From positions 3,765,158 through 3,829,157 of the forward strand of contig BDGG01000003.1 in the NCBI GenBank assembly GCA_001949185.1: a DNA stretch of 64,000 nucleotides, given 5' to 3'. Position numbers and translations under genes: made by a program. Of this stretch, positions 13,301 through 26,006 are shown piece after piece (position 1 is the first letter of the stretch; every line of letters begins with the position of its first letter). The notes under the pieces were generated by a model, which saw nothing but the letters and a program-made list of their open reading frames with translations, was not told where the DNA came from and did not search any database. Source of the DNA: Ramazzottius varieornatus. Its lineage: Eukaryota > Animalia > Tardigrada.

Positions 13301-13780
13301 ACTGCGGGTTGACGCAGTCGGCTTGGATGTTGATGAGCTTTGGGAGATCGGCGTTACTTGGGAAGTCCGAGTTCCCCGAGTCCGTACCCTGATCGGCATC
13401 GGAATCGACCACGGGCGCAGCACGACGGGAACGAGGCTTCCAAATGAGGGAGTCCGGCAACATGACTGAGTTCGCTGAGATCAAGTGAGAGCGGGGAGCC
13501 AAGTCGGCCCCTTTCACTTTCATCGCGGCCTGTGCCACCACCGGAAGTGGCTCTTCCACCTCCACTGGACGCTTTGCTGCCTTGCTCCATCCGACCTGAA
13601 GCAACAAGAGAAACACTATGAGCATATGCCTTTGCGTTGTATTCAAAAAACATTGAAGATCGGATCAGATAATTCAGAAATTGGAGGAATAAAAAATATT
13701 GGAGGGATATTCCAGTGTTGGGAAAAGGTGAGTACCTGGAGGATTAGCAGGAGCGATAGGGCCGCCCATAGTTCCTCCAT
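10372..13780 (-). CDS. ZP-domain (cuticlin/dusky-like) type I membrane protein with repetitive RSLRS cytoplasmic tail
   Basis: Signal peptide MEELWAALSLLLILQ|VGWSKA; ZP-N (IQADCVNPQFIKVSLEFDQAFQGIIYTKGHFMDENC); ZP-C (AQLKSFKFPDSLDVNIICNVAMCKGPC); furin site REKR; TM GIGLAILLLIILILTIICVFLC; last exon 10372-10884. Confidence 0.85.
10958..11074. repeat. Family A palindrome (ZP gene intron)
   Basis: aaaacgtacaagatcg...aactggcgcag-N25-gtgccccactt...cgatcttgtacgttt. Confidence 0.85.
12441..12500. repeat. Family B inverted repeat (ZP gene intron)
   Basis: acctgcataca-N27-tgtatgcaggt, perfect arms. Confidence 0.75.
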
Positions 13781-15119
13781 GTTTAGGTTGAGCAGGCGTC
13801 GAGATGTGAAGAACGTCGACTGTTAGTAATGCTTTGGGATCGGTACTGAATTCATACCCGAGATTCGAGCGTGAAGAAGCGAGCGCACAAAGAATACTTG
13901 GTGCTGTAAGTGTGGTCTGTATAGTTCACATTTATGAGTGCTACTTTATGGACATTAACATTAATATTTATCAACCTGAACACGTCATGTACTAGCTAGA
14001 AGTTCGGTGCTAGGTTCTAGCTGAAAAGATGGAGGGACTAAAGTATCTGTGCAGGTGTTCAGTATATTGGGCGCTGATTGATGGCTGCGCGAGTCAATAG
14101 GCGGCGCTCCGCAGCTCTTCAGGCTCGTTCGTCAGTCTTTTTTCCGGCCATGTTTTTTCCTTTCCAGATCAGTCGGCCTAAAAGTCAAGCAGCCTTTCTG
14201 TGCCGGCCGACATGTTTGACCTAAATATTACAACAGCGTTGACAAGAAGACAATGGGCAGTGAGAACAAACGTCGGTAATAGCCGGCGTATGCTTAGCAT
14301 CGGAAAAAGATTCATCATTAAAGAGAAACTGGACTGTAGCGTCGATTCTTGACAGCTTTCACTATTGTCCAGCGTTTTCGTTTTCACCATCACGAGTCGC
14401 TCATCACGAGTCGCTCACTGCACAAAAGCTCGAGCAATTCGAAAACCCTCAATATTCTCTGATATTCAATCTGCAATTAGATGATATCTATGCGATCGTT
14501 GCGTCCAAAAAAATACACAAGATGAAGATCCGCACGCATGTCCCGCTGTCAAACGACATGAAAAATGATGCTGGTCAGATGTTTTGATTTAAGAGCCTAG
14601 TTTACACTAGTTGTGGCTTGTGATATATCAACTTTTTGTATGAGTTTGACAAATAGTCACAATACTACTCAGCGACCTACTCAGGCGCAAAATCCGTGCC
14701 ACACAGCACGATGTCTCTCGTGTTGCGCATTTAACAAACTTTCAACAAAAACTTTACGTAGGTGTGATTAGAATCATTTAGGCTGCGTTTCGTAAGTCAA
14801 CCCTAGTTCATAACCCGACACGTGATTGATGACATCACGGCTAGGAAAGAACATAGTAAAGATGCTTGAAAAAGACGAGCTTGGACAATCAAGAGAAGGT
14901 TCTTGGTTCTTGAGCCGCCTCACTAATCTGAACTATTAATAGGAAAGACGTAGTTGGTGAATGCCTCCCCGAAAAAATACTTCTTTAGAAGCTTCTCTAA
15001 AACGCAGAACATACTGGACATTCTAGAGCTCGAACGCATAGCAGCTTCTGGTAATCACATGGCAGGTTTATGGAATAACCAGACGATTCGGACACGAGAC
15101 AGGGGCGATGAGACGATCT

Positions 15120-15797
15120 TTACTTCTCCCCAACACGACTCCAGGCCACGAAAAACTCGTTCAACTTCTCCATATCATGGTATCCAATTGGTCCAACTTC
15201 ACAGTCTGCACATGTCAGGTATTTAAGCTTCCCCACAGCATGCGAGAATCCCACATTCTCAAATGTGTACATATCTTTCACCATCCAAAAGTCGTGAAGC
15301 ACTTCGCCCGGCACATCGTCGAGCACGTACAAAACCTCTTCTGCTGTCTGCTCCTCAGATCCACCGTCTTCGTCAGACTTTGATAACGTAAGGAAAGTCT
15401 GCGGAGCGCCGGCTACTATAGGCTTCAGTTTCATATGAGGTAAGAATACCTGCGAAAAAGAACAACAATTGCTCGGATGAACTCGCGCGGAGTGCCAACA
15501 CTCCGTATATTATCTCCGTAGTGCGCTGCAGTTAATTGAGGCTGACAGGCTGACTTTCTTACTATTTGACCGAAAGTAATTTTCACTCACATTTTTCCTG
15601 ACGTGAGCGGCGGTTTCAGGAAGCAGAATCTTGGAGCCACATTGGAGACACACAACACGCTTGGGATTGGTCCTGGAATGCATAGGCTCTACGACGGATT
15701 CCGAGCGGTTCGTTCCGGGAGGGTGTGGAGAAGCCAGTTCCGCTGCCGCGCTCGAGGATGAGCCGACCCCAAAAGCGTTGCTGACAGCCTGCGCCAT
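15120..15797 (-). CDS. RABIF: Guanine nucleotide exchange factor/chaperone MSS4 (2 exons)
   Basis: VVCLQCGSKIL...FWMVKDMYTFENVGFS...KYLTCADCEVGPIGYH is the Mss4 signature. Confidence 0.93.
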
Positions 15798-16738
15798 TCT
15801 TATGTGTGTTTCTTACGTGTGCTCTGCAACCTACACGATCCGTTTCATCAGCCAGAACACGCGTAAAGATAACCTTTCAAGACCTCGGAGACAGAACACG
15901 AAGAAAAGAGAAATTGATTGACCGAATGAGGATTGAGGAATGACGGAATGAGGCATTTTAAAAGACATACTAACTGGCATATCATGTCATGTCATGTCAA
16001 CGTATGTGCAAAGACGAACGATGTGCATTACTTCACCGGAAGTCCGCGAAATCGGACCGATGGTTAACTCAGGTGCTAGCCAGAAAGGGTTGTTTGCACG
16101 TTATCCTGTATTTCACCTCGAAATAGCACTTCACTAAAAAAAATTTTGCGAGTCATAAACTTCTGCTTGTAAGTTTCGCTTGGGGTATCGGGAATGTGAG
16201 TTCCATGAGGCAGGAAAGCTTGCTACCTGCCCTGTTCCGGACTCCTTCCGCAATAGAACAGGTGGAACAGGAAGTGTAAGAACCTGAACTAAAACTTGGT
16301 CACCGTACCCTAAACCAAGTTGAACATCACAGCAAAATTCAGGTTCTATTCCCGCGTGAAACGGGAAGCCCTGCATGGACGGGCCGTTAATTTCTGCAGC
16401 GGACCTGCGGAAACCCTCGATGGCTGATCATGGCGCAGGTCCCACTGTCGTGAATCTCCATGGCATCTGTGCTGAAAACCGTTTACATCGAGACCTGCTT
16501 CCTTAACGCGAGCGAATACCTGTTCTATCTGTTGTGTGAAAAATCATGTACTTTAAGTTATGTCGGAAAATAAGGTCGATTAGATTTTCCCTTAAAGTAA
16601 GTGACTACGGGTGCAGTCGCCGATCCCGGTTAGTTGATCTGTTTGCTTGGGGAATACTTATGTGATTATAATATAAATTCCTCTTCTGATACATTTGACC
16701 GTTTTTTTACCGCTTCCGCTTATTCGGATACATCTGCG

Positions 16739-18554
16739 ATGACCAGCGCAGAAGAGGCCGCCCTCAGACAGGTTTACGCAGATCTTGAGGAACAGCTGCG
16801 CAAAATTGGTCTCCGCATAAGGTCCGTCGAAGGCGATGGGAACTGTTTCTTCCGAGCTGTTAGTGATCAGATAAACGGTAATTGGTTAGATTAGCGGACG
16901 ATATCGGGATGTATTTCTCAATTTGATCAGCCTTGAAAGACGGATGTTGTAGGCGTCAGCGACAGCCACGGAGTCTACCGCAAAGAAACTGCGGAATATA
17001 TGCTACAAAATAAAGAGGACTTCAAGGACTTCATTCTGGCTGAAGACTATGAGGCGTACGTCCAAGTAGGTAAATCCGAAAACGTCTCAAACCAGGTGTA
17101 TGCTGATTAAACGGGATAACACACCTTTTAAGCAGATTGACTCGGAAGTTCCTTACTTCTAGGATCTAAGCCAGGACGGGGTTTATGTGGATAACGATAC
17201 GGTACAAGCGTTTGCTCGGATGCAAGATCTCAACGTGGTAGGCACGGATGAACATTCGTTTTTACGTTTTGTCTCACCTGCCGACACTGGAAAAATAGTG
17301 AATTCTTCAAGGTAGTCCACCAACTAGGCCAAGCTCCAATTGTAATAGTTGGCACCGACAACGAAGACGCACCGGAAGCCCATCTCACATACGTTCCACA
17401 GCATTACAACAGCCTACGGTGGTACGACGAGGAAGCCGACACGAAGACCGCTGCCGGCATCCGGATAGCGGATTTCACGGATAGGTTTGCTCACGACTCA
17501 CCCAGACAAAGAAGGAGCCCCGATCCTGATGAGGAAAATTCGGCGTCATCCAGTTTCATTGACAACGAAGTGAGGCAGCTTGCCAAAGACAAGAAAGTAT
17601 CCGAGTCGAGGGTTCTCCGAATACTGCAAAGTGTCAAATACGATAAAGAAGCTGCGGAAAAAATATTAGACCAGGAGCACACAACGGAACTTAGTACGGA
17701 CAACATCAGCTCTCGCACGTCCAACGACACACTACGTACCTCGGAGACCGGTGAAGATTCGTGGACAGTCGAGGAAGTGAAGCGTTTCGCTCAGGAAACC
17801 CACGCCAGCCCTACAAGGGTTCTGGAGGTGCTCGAGAAGGTCGATTACGACACGAAGAAAGCAGCAGCGATATTGCTGGCTGAATACGATAAAACGAAGG
17901 ATGAACCTTCTGAACGTCGGAGCCATATTATGGAGCTACGTTCTCGCAACGACGAGCCCTCGACAAAAACCGGGAAGCCCTCTACCACAAGGATGGGCTT
18001 GGATAAGCAGAGCAGCCGGTTGGGTCTTCGCCCAACGGTCAGTTCCTATCGTAAATTGTCAACCTTGGATAGTAAATTTCAACAGCCGAAGGCGTCAAGT
18101 TCGCGTCCGACAGTCTCGACGAGCAGCACCCAAACTAATCTATCCCCGCAGAAGAGTCCTGAGACTTCCGGTCAGAATAACCTGCAAGAATCGTTACTGA
18201 AAGGAACAACCTCAAGTTCTCGTGTCAGCTCCGTACAGAAGGCCTCGACAGGTCGGCCTCGAGTTTCGAGGACATCTACAGAAGCGACCAGAGTGGCTTC
18301 ATCTAGAAAGTCAGAAGAAAAAATGGTCAGCAAAGCGAAAGCAGGGCTATACGACGAAGCTGCAGAAATTAACGTAGGTAATTTAATTAGCAGACACTTT
18401 TTGACGTGGTGCTTAATTGCTGTGATTCGAACCAGCTTCACCGTTATCTTTCTTCCAGGACGAACAAAGGCTTCCTCGTCAAGATCGGACGAAACCTCCT
18501 CGAGGACCAGCAGGAGTCCATGCAAAAGACAGCACGAAGCGGGATGTCAAGTAA
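16739..18554 (+). CDS. OTU-family deubiquitinase (OTUD3-like) with two UBA-like repeats and a Ser/Thr-rich tail
   Basis: VEGDGNCFFRAVSDQ Cys box; HLTYVPQHYNSLR His box; exons joined by GT-AG introns. The last-exon frame, and so the end coordinate, is uncertain. Confidence 0.8.
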
Positions 18555-18956
18555 TGAGAAGGAAGAAGTTCTGCCATCGTCACCATCCTACAAGAAGAGG
18601 CCATAAATTTCACAAACCTTCTTGCAAGCATTCGTAAGCTGGAAACCAGTCCTGAAAGTCTCTGTTGTCGTCCCTCTTGTTTAGTTTAGATACTGTAGTT
18701 CTTTCCTGCTGTTTTTGCCAGTATCCTTTCCGTCGGTGGAATTCTTTGTACTGATATGTTTTGCAGAATGTCTCCCAAAATTTTAATAAAGTTTTCTCCA
18801 TGTTCTACGAAACAAAGTCTACAACAGATGTAAACAAAAAAACAAATGAAGCAGAATCATTTTAAGATTTCCCCATACCGTCATTTTGATATTCTGGCAA
18901 TTCTGTCACATGCGCAAAATTTAAAGTTTAGATTAGATTCTAAACCTGAGCGAAAG

Positions 18957-20807
18957 TCATTTGTCATTCACAAGAACCGTTTTGTCCGTTGCGTCATCCT
19001 CGGTGCTTTCTTCCCTCAGCGGTGAAAGACCTCCACGTTCTTTCGGCGACACCGTCACTACCGGTACCTTATCCACCGAAAACGCGTGAATATTCAAAAA
19101 CTTTGCCATCTGCTGCACCGTGGAGACACCATAGTGCAAATGCGCCAGTGTCACAAACACCGTTAAGCCATACAACAAGTAAAACTCCCACCGACCTATT
19201 CCCGGAATTGTTACCACCAACAACGTACAGACGATCACCGGAGTGAGCAGCCAATGATACCACCTGGCGATGGTGGAAGACATCTGTGTGATGATCAGTC
19301 CACAAGTCATGTTGGCACTCACCACTCCCGTCATCCAGGCGAAGGTCCGTAGTGAGGGATAGAGGATATTGTTGGGGGAGTTCTCAGACCAGAGAAGGGT
19401 GGTGAAGCAAAGAATGAGCAGCGTGGACAGCGGACGTGTGGCTTCGGGCACCGTACGCTGCTTCAGGGTTCCGCTCTTGTATGCGCGGTAGATGTTCCGC
19501 AGACTGGTGGGGATGGTCATGAGGATGGCGCCGGCATAAACGGACAGCTCGAAGAAGACACCGGCAGAGATCCGCAGCAGCGGAAGCTTAAACCTGCAAC
19601 AGTGACATTTCAGAAACATTTCGAAAAACCAAAAACGAGAGTTTGACAAGAATATCTCCAAAGTGGAACACGTTTCCGAAACTAATGGCTGATAACGTGC
19701 GTCATCAAAAAAATAAAAACAATCAAATTTTGACAAGATCGTTTTCTCGAATGACACACATCTTCAATGTTACTGACTGACGCGTGCGCCGTTTGGAAAG
19801 CGGATCCTGTCGAGCTTGTTTGTCGAGCTCACAGTACTCAATGTGCTCAGGCAACGATCATTTCAAGCTAAGAAATTACTGACCTCCAAAAGCCGTGACC
19901 GAACATGGCAGTGGTGATGTACACCAGCAGTCCCGTAACTTCGCTCAAGTCGTATCCCCAAGGCAAGTACAGAATACCCGTATTATATTTCTCCCAGTGA
20001 GACAACGAGAAAAGAATCAACAAGGTCCACAGAACGTAGTATAACCGGTAAGTCGGTACACCGAACTCGTGGTCTCGTCCGAAGACTGAGAAGATGCAGA
20101 GCGCGTGTAGCGTCGTTACCCACGAGTCCAGTCCATGGTCGAAGAGCTCTCCCAGGGGAGACGATGTGTTGGTCCGTCGAGCATGCTTTCCGTCGAGCCC
20201 GTCAAGAGTATGTGCCCAGAAGTGGTTGAAGGCGACGACTAACCAGACCCACCTGGAAGAACAAGAAAAGTGTTGTTTCCACCGAAGCGTACACAGTAAT
20301 TTGCTGCGTTGCCGAGATCCGTGAATGTAAGTCAAGGACTTCTCGCGCACCTCCATACCCCCGCCTCACGCTAAGAGCATTGCTCGATGTATGCAGGTAT
20401 GCGAAAGGGTCGCTCGATTCTGTTCTGCAACCTTCTAATTTACCGCAAAAATTCATTTCTTTCGCTTTGCTCTGGTGTTTAAGAGAAAACCATAACAGTT
20501 TTGCTGATAGAAGAAGCGCGATTGTAGGGAAATTTTGATCTTTTTACCTGGGAATATAGCTACCAGGATTAGACGCTGCTGTCAGATCTGGATCGTAATT
20601 AGTCAACAGCACCGTATTAACAACAACGAGAAGAAATCCACTCAGGGTCAAGGTATTCGGCGCTATCCTCTGGGGGACATATTGGACCAGCCAGTTCCAG
20701 AAGGGATGGCAGACGTAGTTGGAGAGCGGAGAAGTATCAATTGATGAATATTTGTAGCGCTTGAATCCACGCAGTTCCTCCGGCGACAAGTAGTTTATCC
20801 ACGGCAT
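18957..20807 (-). CDS. EPT1: Ethanolaminephosphotransferase 1 (CDP-alcohol phosphotransferase; SELENOI orthologue without Sec)
   Basis: [75 protein letters not shown]. Confidence 0.92.
19632..19830. repeat. Family A palindrome, tandem double (EPT1 intron)
   Basis: Cores at 19661 (N25) and 19749 (N24); right arm gagcttgtttgtcgagctc. Confidence 0.75.
20341..20408. repeat. Family B inverted repeat (EPT1 intron)
   Basis: acctccatacc-N28-tgtatgcaggt. Confidence 0.65.
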
Positions 20808-21491
20808 CTTATTCCGATTCTACCGAAGGAAAATCCACGTTCGGGGTAACCATAGGGTGGAAACACACGCTCTACTGTTCATGAAGATATGTACGTATGC
20901 TATGTGTAATAAGAAGTAATTATCCGCCTACGAGATTCTCGGCAGCGCTTCCAGAGTCGTGAGATTCGTCAATCGTCAGCCGAACTTCCGACTGATCCAC
21001 ACTGCCGTCGCCGTCCGCTTCACTCATATCCGCTCAGTACGTGCATCAGACAATCTGCAATTTCGAAAATACAGTTATGTAACATGAACCCGGCCAGAAT
21101 TCGCTTCTCGCCTATGTGATGAGAAGTTGACATGAAGTTAGATTGACTCGCCGTGTTAATTCACTCAGCCACACTTTGGCCGAACTTAGCTCAAGTTACG
21201 GCAACACTACACCACAGCGGTATCTGTCATACAAAAGAGAGTTTAAACTTGGACCGAAGTCGGACGTCGATATCGAAGTCCAAAGATTAATCCAGTGACC
21301 AAGCCAACAATTACGCCAAAATTCATCCACAAACATACCTGCAGTCACTTACCTTTGTTCCTTCGTAGACAGAAGTTTGGGAGAGTTTGCAGCTTATCGT
21401 GTCAGCTATCTGGCTTCCTATGGTCAGACGGAAATCCTTTGGGGAGCATGAGCGAGCGAAGCTTCGGAAGAGAAATCCGCGTCGTCATACA

Positions 21492-21680
21492 CGAGACTTG
21501 TTTTATTGCAAATTGCAATTCGTTGCAGTTAATTGCAGTTTAGATTGCAATTTCAATTTGAGACCAAATTGAATTGATCAATTTCAATTTCAGGTGAAAA
21601 TTGACTGAGCCAATCCAATTTCACCTGAAGTTGAATTGGGTAAGAACTGAATTGGATTAAATTGGATTATTGCCAGTCCT
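21492..21680. repeat. AT-rich CAATT/AATTG-based degenerate inverted-repeat element
   Basis: Many CAATT/AATTG units; internal IR caatttcaggtgaaa / tttcacctgaagttg. Confidence 0.5.
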
Positions 21681-22190
21681 ATCGACCACCCGTCTCAGCG
21701 GAAGCTGACGTCGCAATCACTGTGATTGATTGCTCTATACGAATATCGAAGCGGAGCGGATGTTCATTACGTCATCGACCATATGACCGAAACAGAAGGA
21801 AACTATAACACTAATAGGATCACAGCACTCCCGCAATTCATGCTTCGAGAAAGCCAGATTAAGACTCGATTCCTCAACCTTCGGCATACATACTGATGGA
21901 TGTTCTTCAACTCTCTGCAGTAACTGCAAAGTCAGCCGCATTTTGGCACGCTGTTGTTTGCAGACGGCGAATTACTGCTGCTCTGCAGTGATGAGAATCT
22001 CATTCTTCAGTCCCAATTCCCTCAATGAAAGAAACCCTGATGAAAGGCGAGTGAAATTTCACGTCTGCGCACGTCGCTTTTCATGTTACTACATTTAGAT
22101 ACGATATGGAAAACAATGAAAAACACGGTCGAATTTAAAGGGTACAACGAAAACCAATTCTCAAATCAAGATGTCCCATAAGGCAGTCAA

Positions 22191-22748
22191 CTAATGAAAA
22201 GTAGGGAAATCTTCGGGAAGCTGGTTGGCTCCGCCTCCTTCTCCAACGAAAGGACCGACCAGTGCTTGATCCCGTTCGATCCCGATCTCCTCCTGCACGT
22301 TACCACCCACCAACACTGCAAACACAGAAATCAACACATGAATCACTGACCAAAGTGACGACCCATCAATGAGACGAGGAATCCACTGAGGTAAAAGAGC
22401 CGGCTCTTACCTTGGACAGTGTTGACATGAGGACAGCGTGGTTGGAAATAGGTTTGCTTGATGGCAGGAACCAGGAACTCTCCACAACATTGGGTCTGGA
22501 TGGCAATGAGGGTGGTGTGCGAGCGGATGTGGTCCAGGATGTTTTCCGCCTTCTTCTGATTCTTGCTGGTGACGGGGAGAGCTACTTCGAACTCCGGCCC
22601 ACACACGGAACACTGGAGGGTACCGATGTCAGGATGCTGCAAAAAACAACACAGAAATCAGAAACTGGAGTACCAGGAAGTAAAACTGTAGAATATACAA
22701 ATGAGGTACCAGAATGCTCACCATATGAGGACCTCTGATGAAATTCAT
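22191..22748 (-). CDS. Small 3-exon orphan protein with atypical C2H2-like motif
   Basis: ATG 22748; introns gtgagc..ttgcag and gtaaga..ttgcag keep the frame: MNFIRGPHM|HPDIGTLQCSVCGPEF...LDHIRSH...QCC...RCPH...|...PTFH*. Confidence 0.55.
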
Positions 22749-24551
22749 CGTGAATACGCTAGCACAACTACGAAAGCAAGAGAGATTTCAAGTGAAGAAC
22801 CACAATGGCGAGCTGACCACTCAACAGTCGGCTTTCATACCCAAATCTCATAGGCGTGGCTCCAGCCAACGTACTTCATAATTGGTTGGAAACCCACCAG
22901 CGGAATAACGCAAAAAATCTGCGAGCTCCGCCCACGCTGATAGTACAACTCAGACCTGACGTGTAGTCGAATTTGGTCGTATAGCTCGATCGACTCGATT
23001 ATTTTTGAAAATCCGTGAACAAACACACTGTGAACAACGGTACCTGCTCAAAATATCTTTTGACCATAATGCCGACCACGAATATCGCCTGACCGAATAC
23101 TGACCGACATTCATGTGTAAAAGGATATTCTTGACAGTTAGTTTTGCGGTTATTTGATATTCAAAGTTAGTCAAAGTGCCGGTTAATATTCTGCCCAAAC
23201 GATATTCCGGTATAGTACCGTAAACAGAAATCCGCGTTTATTACTACAACACCCTTGAAATCGCAGTCTGCTCACTGATTCACCAAACGCGCTCTGACGC
23301 CAGCCGCAGATTGGATATGAACTTATGGTACACCGGGCCTCAGTTCCACGAGGTGACGTAAAGCGCGGTTCAAGATGGGGAGGGAAACGTGTGGATTGAG
23401 TGGATGTGCGCTCGATAAGCTCCACCTCCCACATGCTTGGTGCTGCCCGCGCTGAATTCGAAACAGTCTGTGTGGGCACTGGACAATGGTCAGAATCAGG
23501 CTCGTGGGATGGACCTCGGATGGTGGAACTTCACAAAGGAATTTCAGGAATTTCCCCATAGTTTCTGTGGACTGCGTATCAGTCTTGTGTCCTTGCCCAT
23601 AAGCTTCAAGTCCTTGTGCTCTCCTCTTGTGAGTAGATGTTAGCTTGTCCTCCATGTTAGCAGGCTCCATCAAAGAGAATCCACAAGAAAAGCGCGTCAT
23701 CTTGGTGTAGACGGTGAGCTCATTTCCTCCTCGTTTCCTCGTGCTACCTTTACCCACAGGACAAACTTCCATCTATCCTCCATTGCAATCCCGTGAAGAA
23801 GGCTCCTCTTGTGGGAGAGGCCAGAAGGTCGGAGGACCAGGAAGCCACGTTCCTGCCCCTTCCGACCATATCTAAAGGGCTTCGCTGCACCCGGGTATCG
23901 GCTTTTCCCGCAGAATCTTTGCTGATGTCTCGGATGCAACTGTGCCGTAGTGCAAGCTTTCTTGGCCTCGTATTCCTCGTCTCTACGATAAGTATCCCGT
24001 TCCCTCCTGACGTTGAAAGCTTGAAGATGTCTGCAAACAGTAAGTGACTATACCGTGTCAAACTAACTCTGCGTGCAAACAACGGAAATGCACGCTTTCT
24101 CGTTTCAGTAGGTTCGTCCGATTCTGCGAGTTTCGATCCAGGATACGTCCTGGTCTCAAACATCAAGTGTGCGATGGTCAACACAGACTATGAGAGTCCC
24201 GGAACGCTGCCGCAAGTTCTTCCAGTTTTTCAGATTAGATCACTAGAGAGGCCAAGAAGATTCATCTCTCCTTCCGTCCTGTTTGATAGTAAATCAATCT
24301 AGTCACCATCACGAGAACACACACCACTTGCTTATTCTTTGAATTCCAGATTTCTACTCCATCGACAACCGTGGAAATACTCGGCACTACGTGGATGGTA
24401 GGCAATTTGTTTTCTTACTTTCGACTCTTTTGTCCTCCTGAGGTGAAGGATACGCATTCCGCCTGGCCTTAGTCTTGGAACGGAATTCGGAGCGAAACTG
24501 CAGTACAGAAGGCGAAAAACCAGTCAGGAGCTTGGCTTGGCCCCGGATGAC

Positions 24552-24657
24552 AAGCTCGGCACGATGGTTTTCAAGTGGCGCACGCCTTCAGCTAGGGACA
24601 TTGAGAATCTGCGCCACTCGGAAAAAAAACAATCCAGTCGAGTTTGCTTGCCGAACT
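24552..24657. repeat. Family A palindrome nested in a CGGAA-rich degenerate repeat (~24455-24845)
   Basis: aagtggcgcac-N25-ctgcgccactc. Confidence 0.8.
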
Positions 24658-25218
24658 GTGCCGATTGTTGCGAAAACTGGTAATGCCACCGCGAAAAACC
24701 GGCTTTAGACGAGCGGAATTCGGGTCTGAGGCTTGTACTCCGATTCGGAACTCCAGTGCTGAGTGCTCCGAATCGGGATCAGCCGTAAAGGAACGGAATT
24801 ACTATTCTCGGGGCGGAATTAGGAACGGAGCGAAAAACGGGATGCGTATCTTTACCTGAGGTAGCAATTTACTCCCACCGCAAAACTTGCTCTTCCAGAT
24901 TCTGCTTCGATCGCAAAGGTTGCTTATCCTGTGGGGAATGTTCTGCGAACGCACCTGCGCTCCTCTCTGCATATCCTGAAGTTTACTCTGCAGTTCGGTA
25001 TCAACATTGCCCAAATCATGTGAGGACTTAAAGACAAGGATTCTTAGAACTCTTCTTTAATATTGCCGCCGAAACGGTCGAATTAAAAGTATCGTGCGCA
25101 GTCCACTTTTTTATCCTGTTTTCCCTTATTTTGTTGAATGCGCCAAAAGGTTTGCTTGTGTGCATGATAGATCTTATTCTTATCCTTTTTGTATTAATTT
25201 TGTGATCTGAGTCTTGAA

Positions 25219-25522
25219 TATAGAAGGCTCGGCGAAGCTAAAATAGCCGCTTTAGCCGTGCTTAGCCGTGGTTAAAAATATTTTAGCCGCGGCTAAAGCA
25301 GCTAAATACGTTTGTTCACGGTCAGAATGTATTGTGCGTCCGATTGATTTATTGATGCCAAAACTATTTTAGCCGACTCAACATCAATAAATCAAACAAA
25401 CGCACAATACATTTTAGCCGTGGATGAAAGTATTTTAGCTGCTTTAGCCGCGTCTAAAACATTCTTAGCCACGACTAAGAACGGCTAAAGCGGCTTATTT
25501 TAGCTTCGCCGAGACTTCTATA
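25219..25522. mobile_element. Non-autonomous foldback MITE with 8-bp TSD (hAT-type)
   Basis: 304-bp near-palindrome TATAGAAGGCTCGGCGAAGCTAAAATA...TATTTTAGCTTCGCCGAGACTTCTATA, flanked by direct repeat GTCTTGAA (25211-25218 and 25523-25530); many internal TTAGCCG/CGGCTAA motifs. Confidence 0.9.
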
Positions 25523-26006
25523 GTCTTGAAACTGTGCGCTTATTCAGCGAAGCAGGAAGTAAAATTCTGATGTATCAAACCATCAAACTACCGGAGCACG
25601 GAAGCACCACTGCGCGAGCTTCGTCTTGAGTGACGTTTATCCGGGAACCACTGCACAGTCTCCTGTATGATGTTTCGAAGTTCCTGACACCAAACAAAAG
25701 ACCCACCGCAAGCCGGACAATGGTACTACAACAAGATGGCACTGTAAACCTTGTGAGTGTAAAGTGAACAGAGTTTCTGCTCAGTGCAAAAAGCTGAGAA
25801 ACCAAAGCAAATATCTTTTGTAGGGTGTGAAAACTAAAAAAAAGTAAGAGTGTTTGCTGTGAACTTTTACATCTCACTAAAGGACGGCAATGCTATTGCA
25901 CATTTCATGAGATGGACGGCAGCTATCAATGACAATGCAATATTTCATCAGTCGAGCATCTTCTCCTCTACTTCCGGCTAAGAGACGGCAGCAGACCCTG
26001 CTCGTA

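Noticed and set aside
14388-14415. 14-bp tandem duplication (also a 30-bp duplication at 42765-42825)
   Set aside because: Isolated slippage events without further structure.
18930-18959. EPT1 ends in TGA followed by a short open stretch; possible Sec readthrough as in vertebrate SELENOI
   Set aside because: The TGA lies ~30 codons beyond the position homologous to the vertebrate Sec, and no SECIS was recognisable.
23183-24200. Overlapping minus-strand ORFs possibly from a decayed transposase
   Set aside because: No recognisable catalytic motif and no coherent splice structure.
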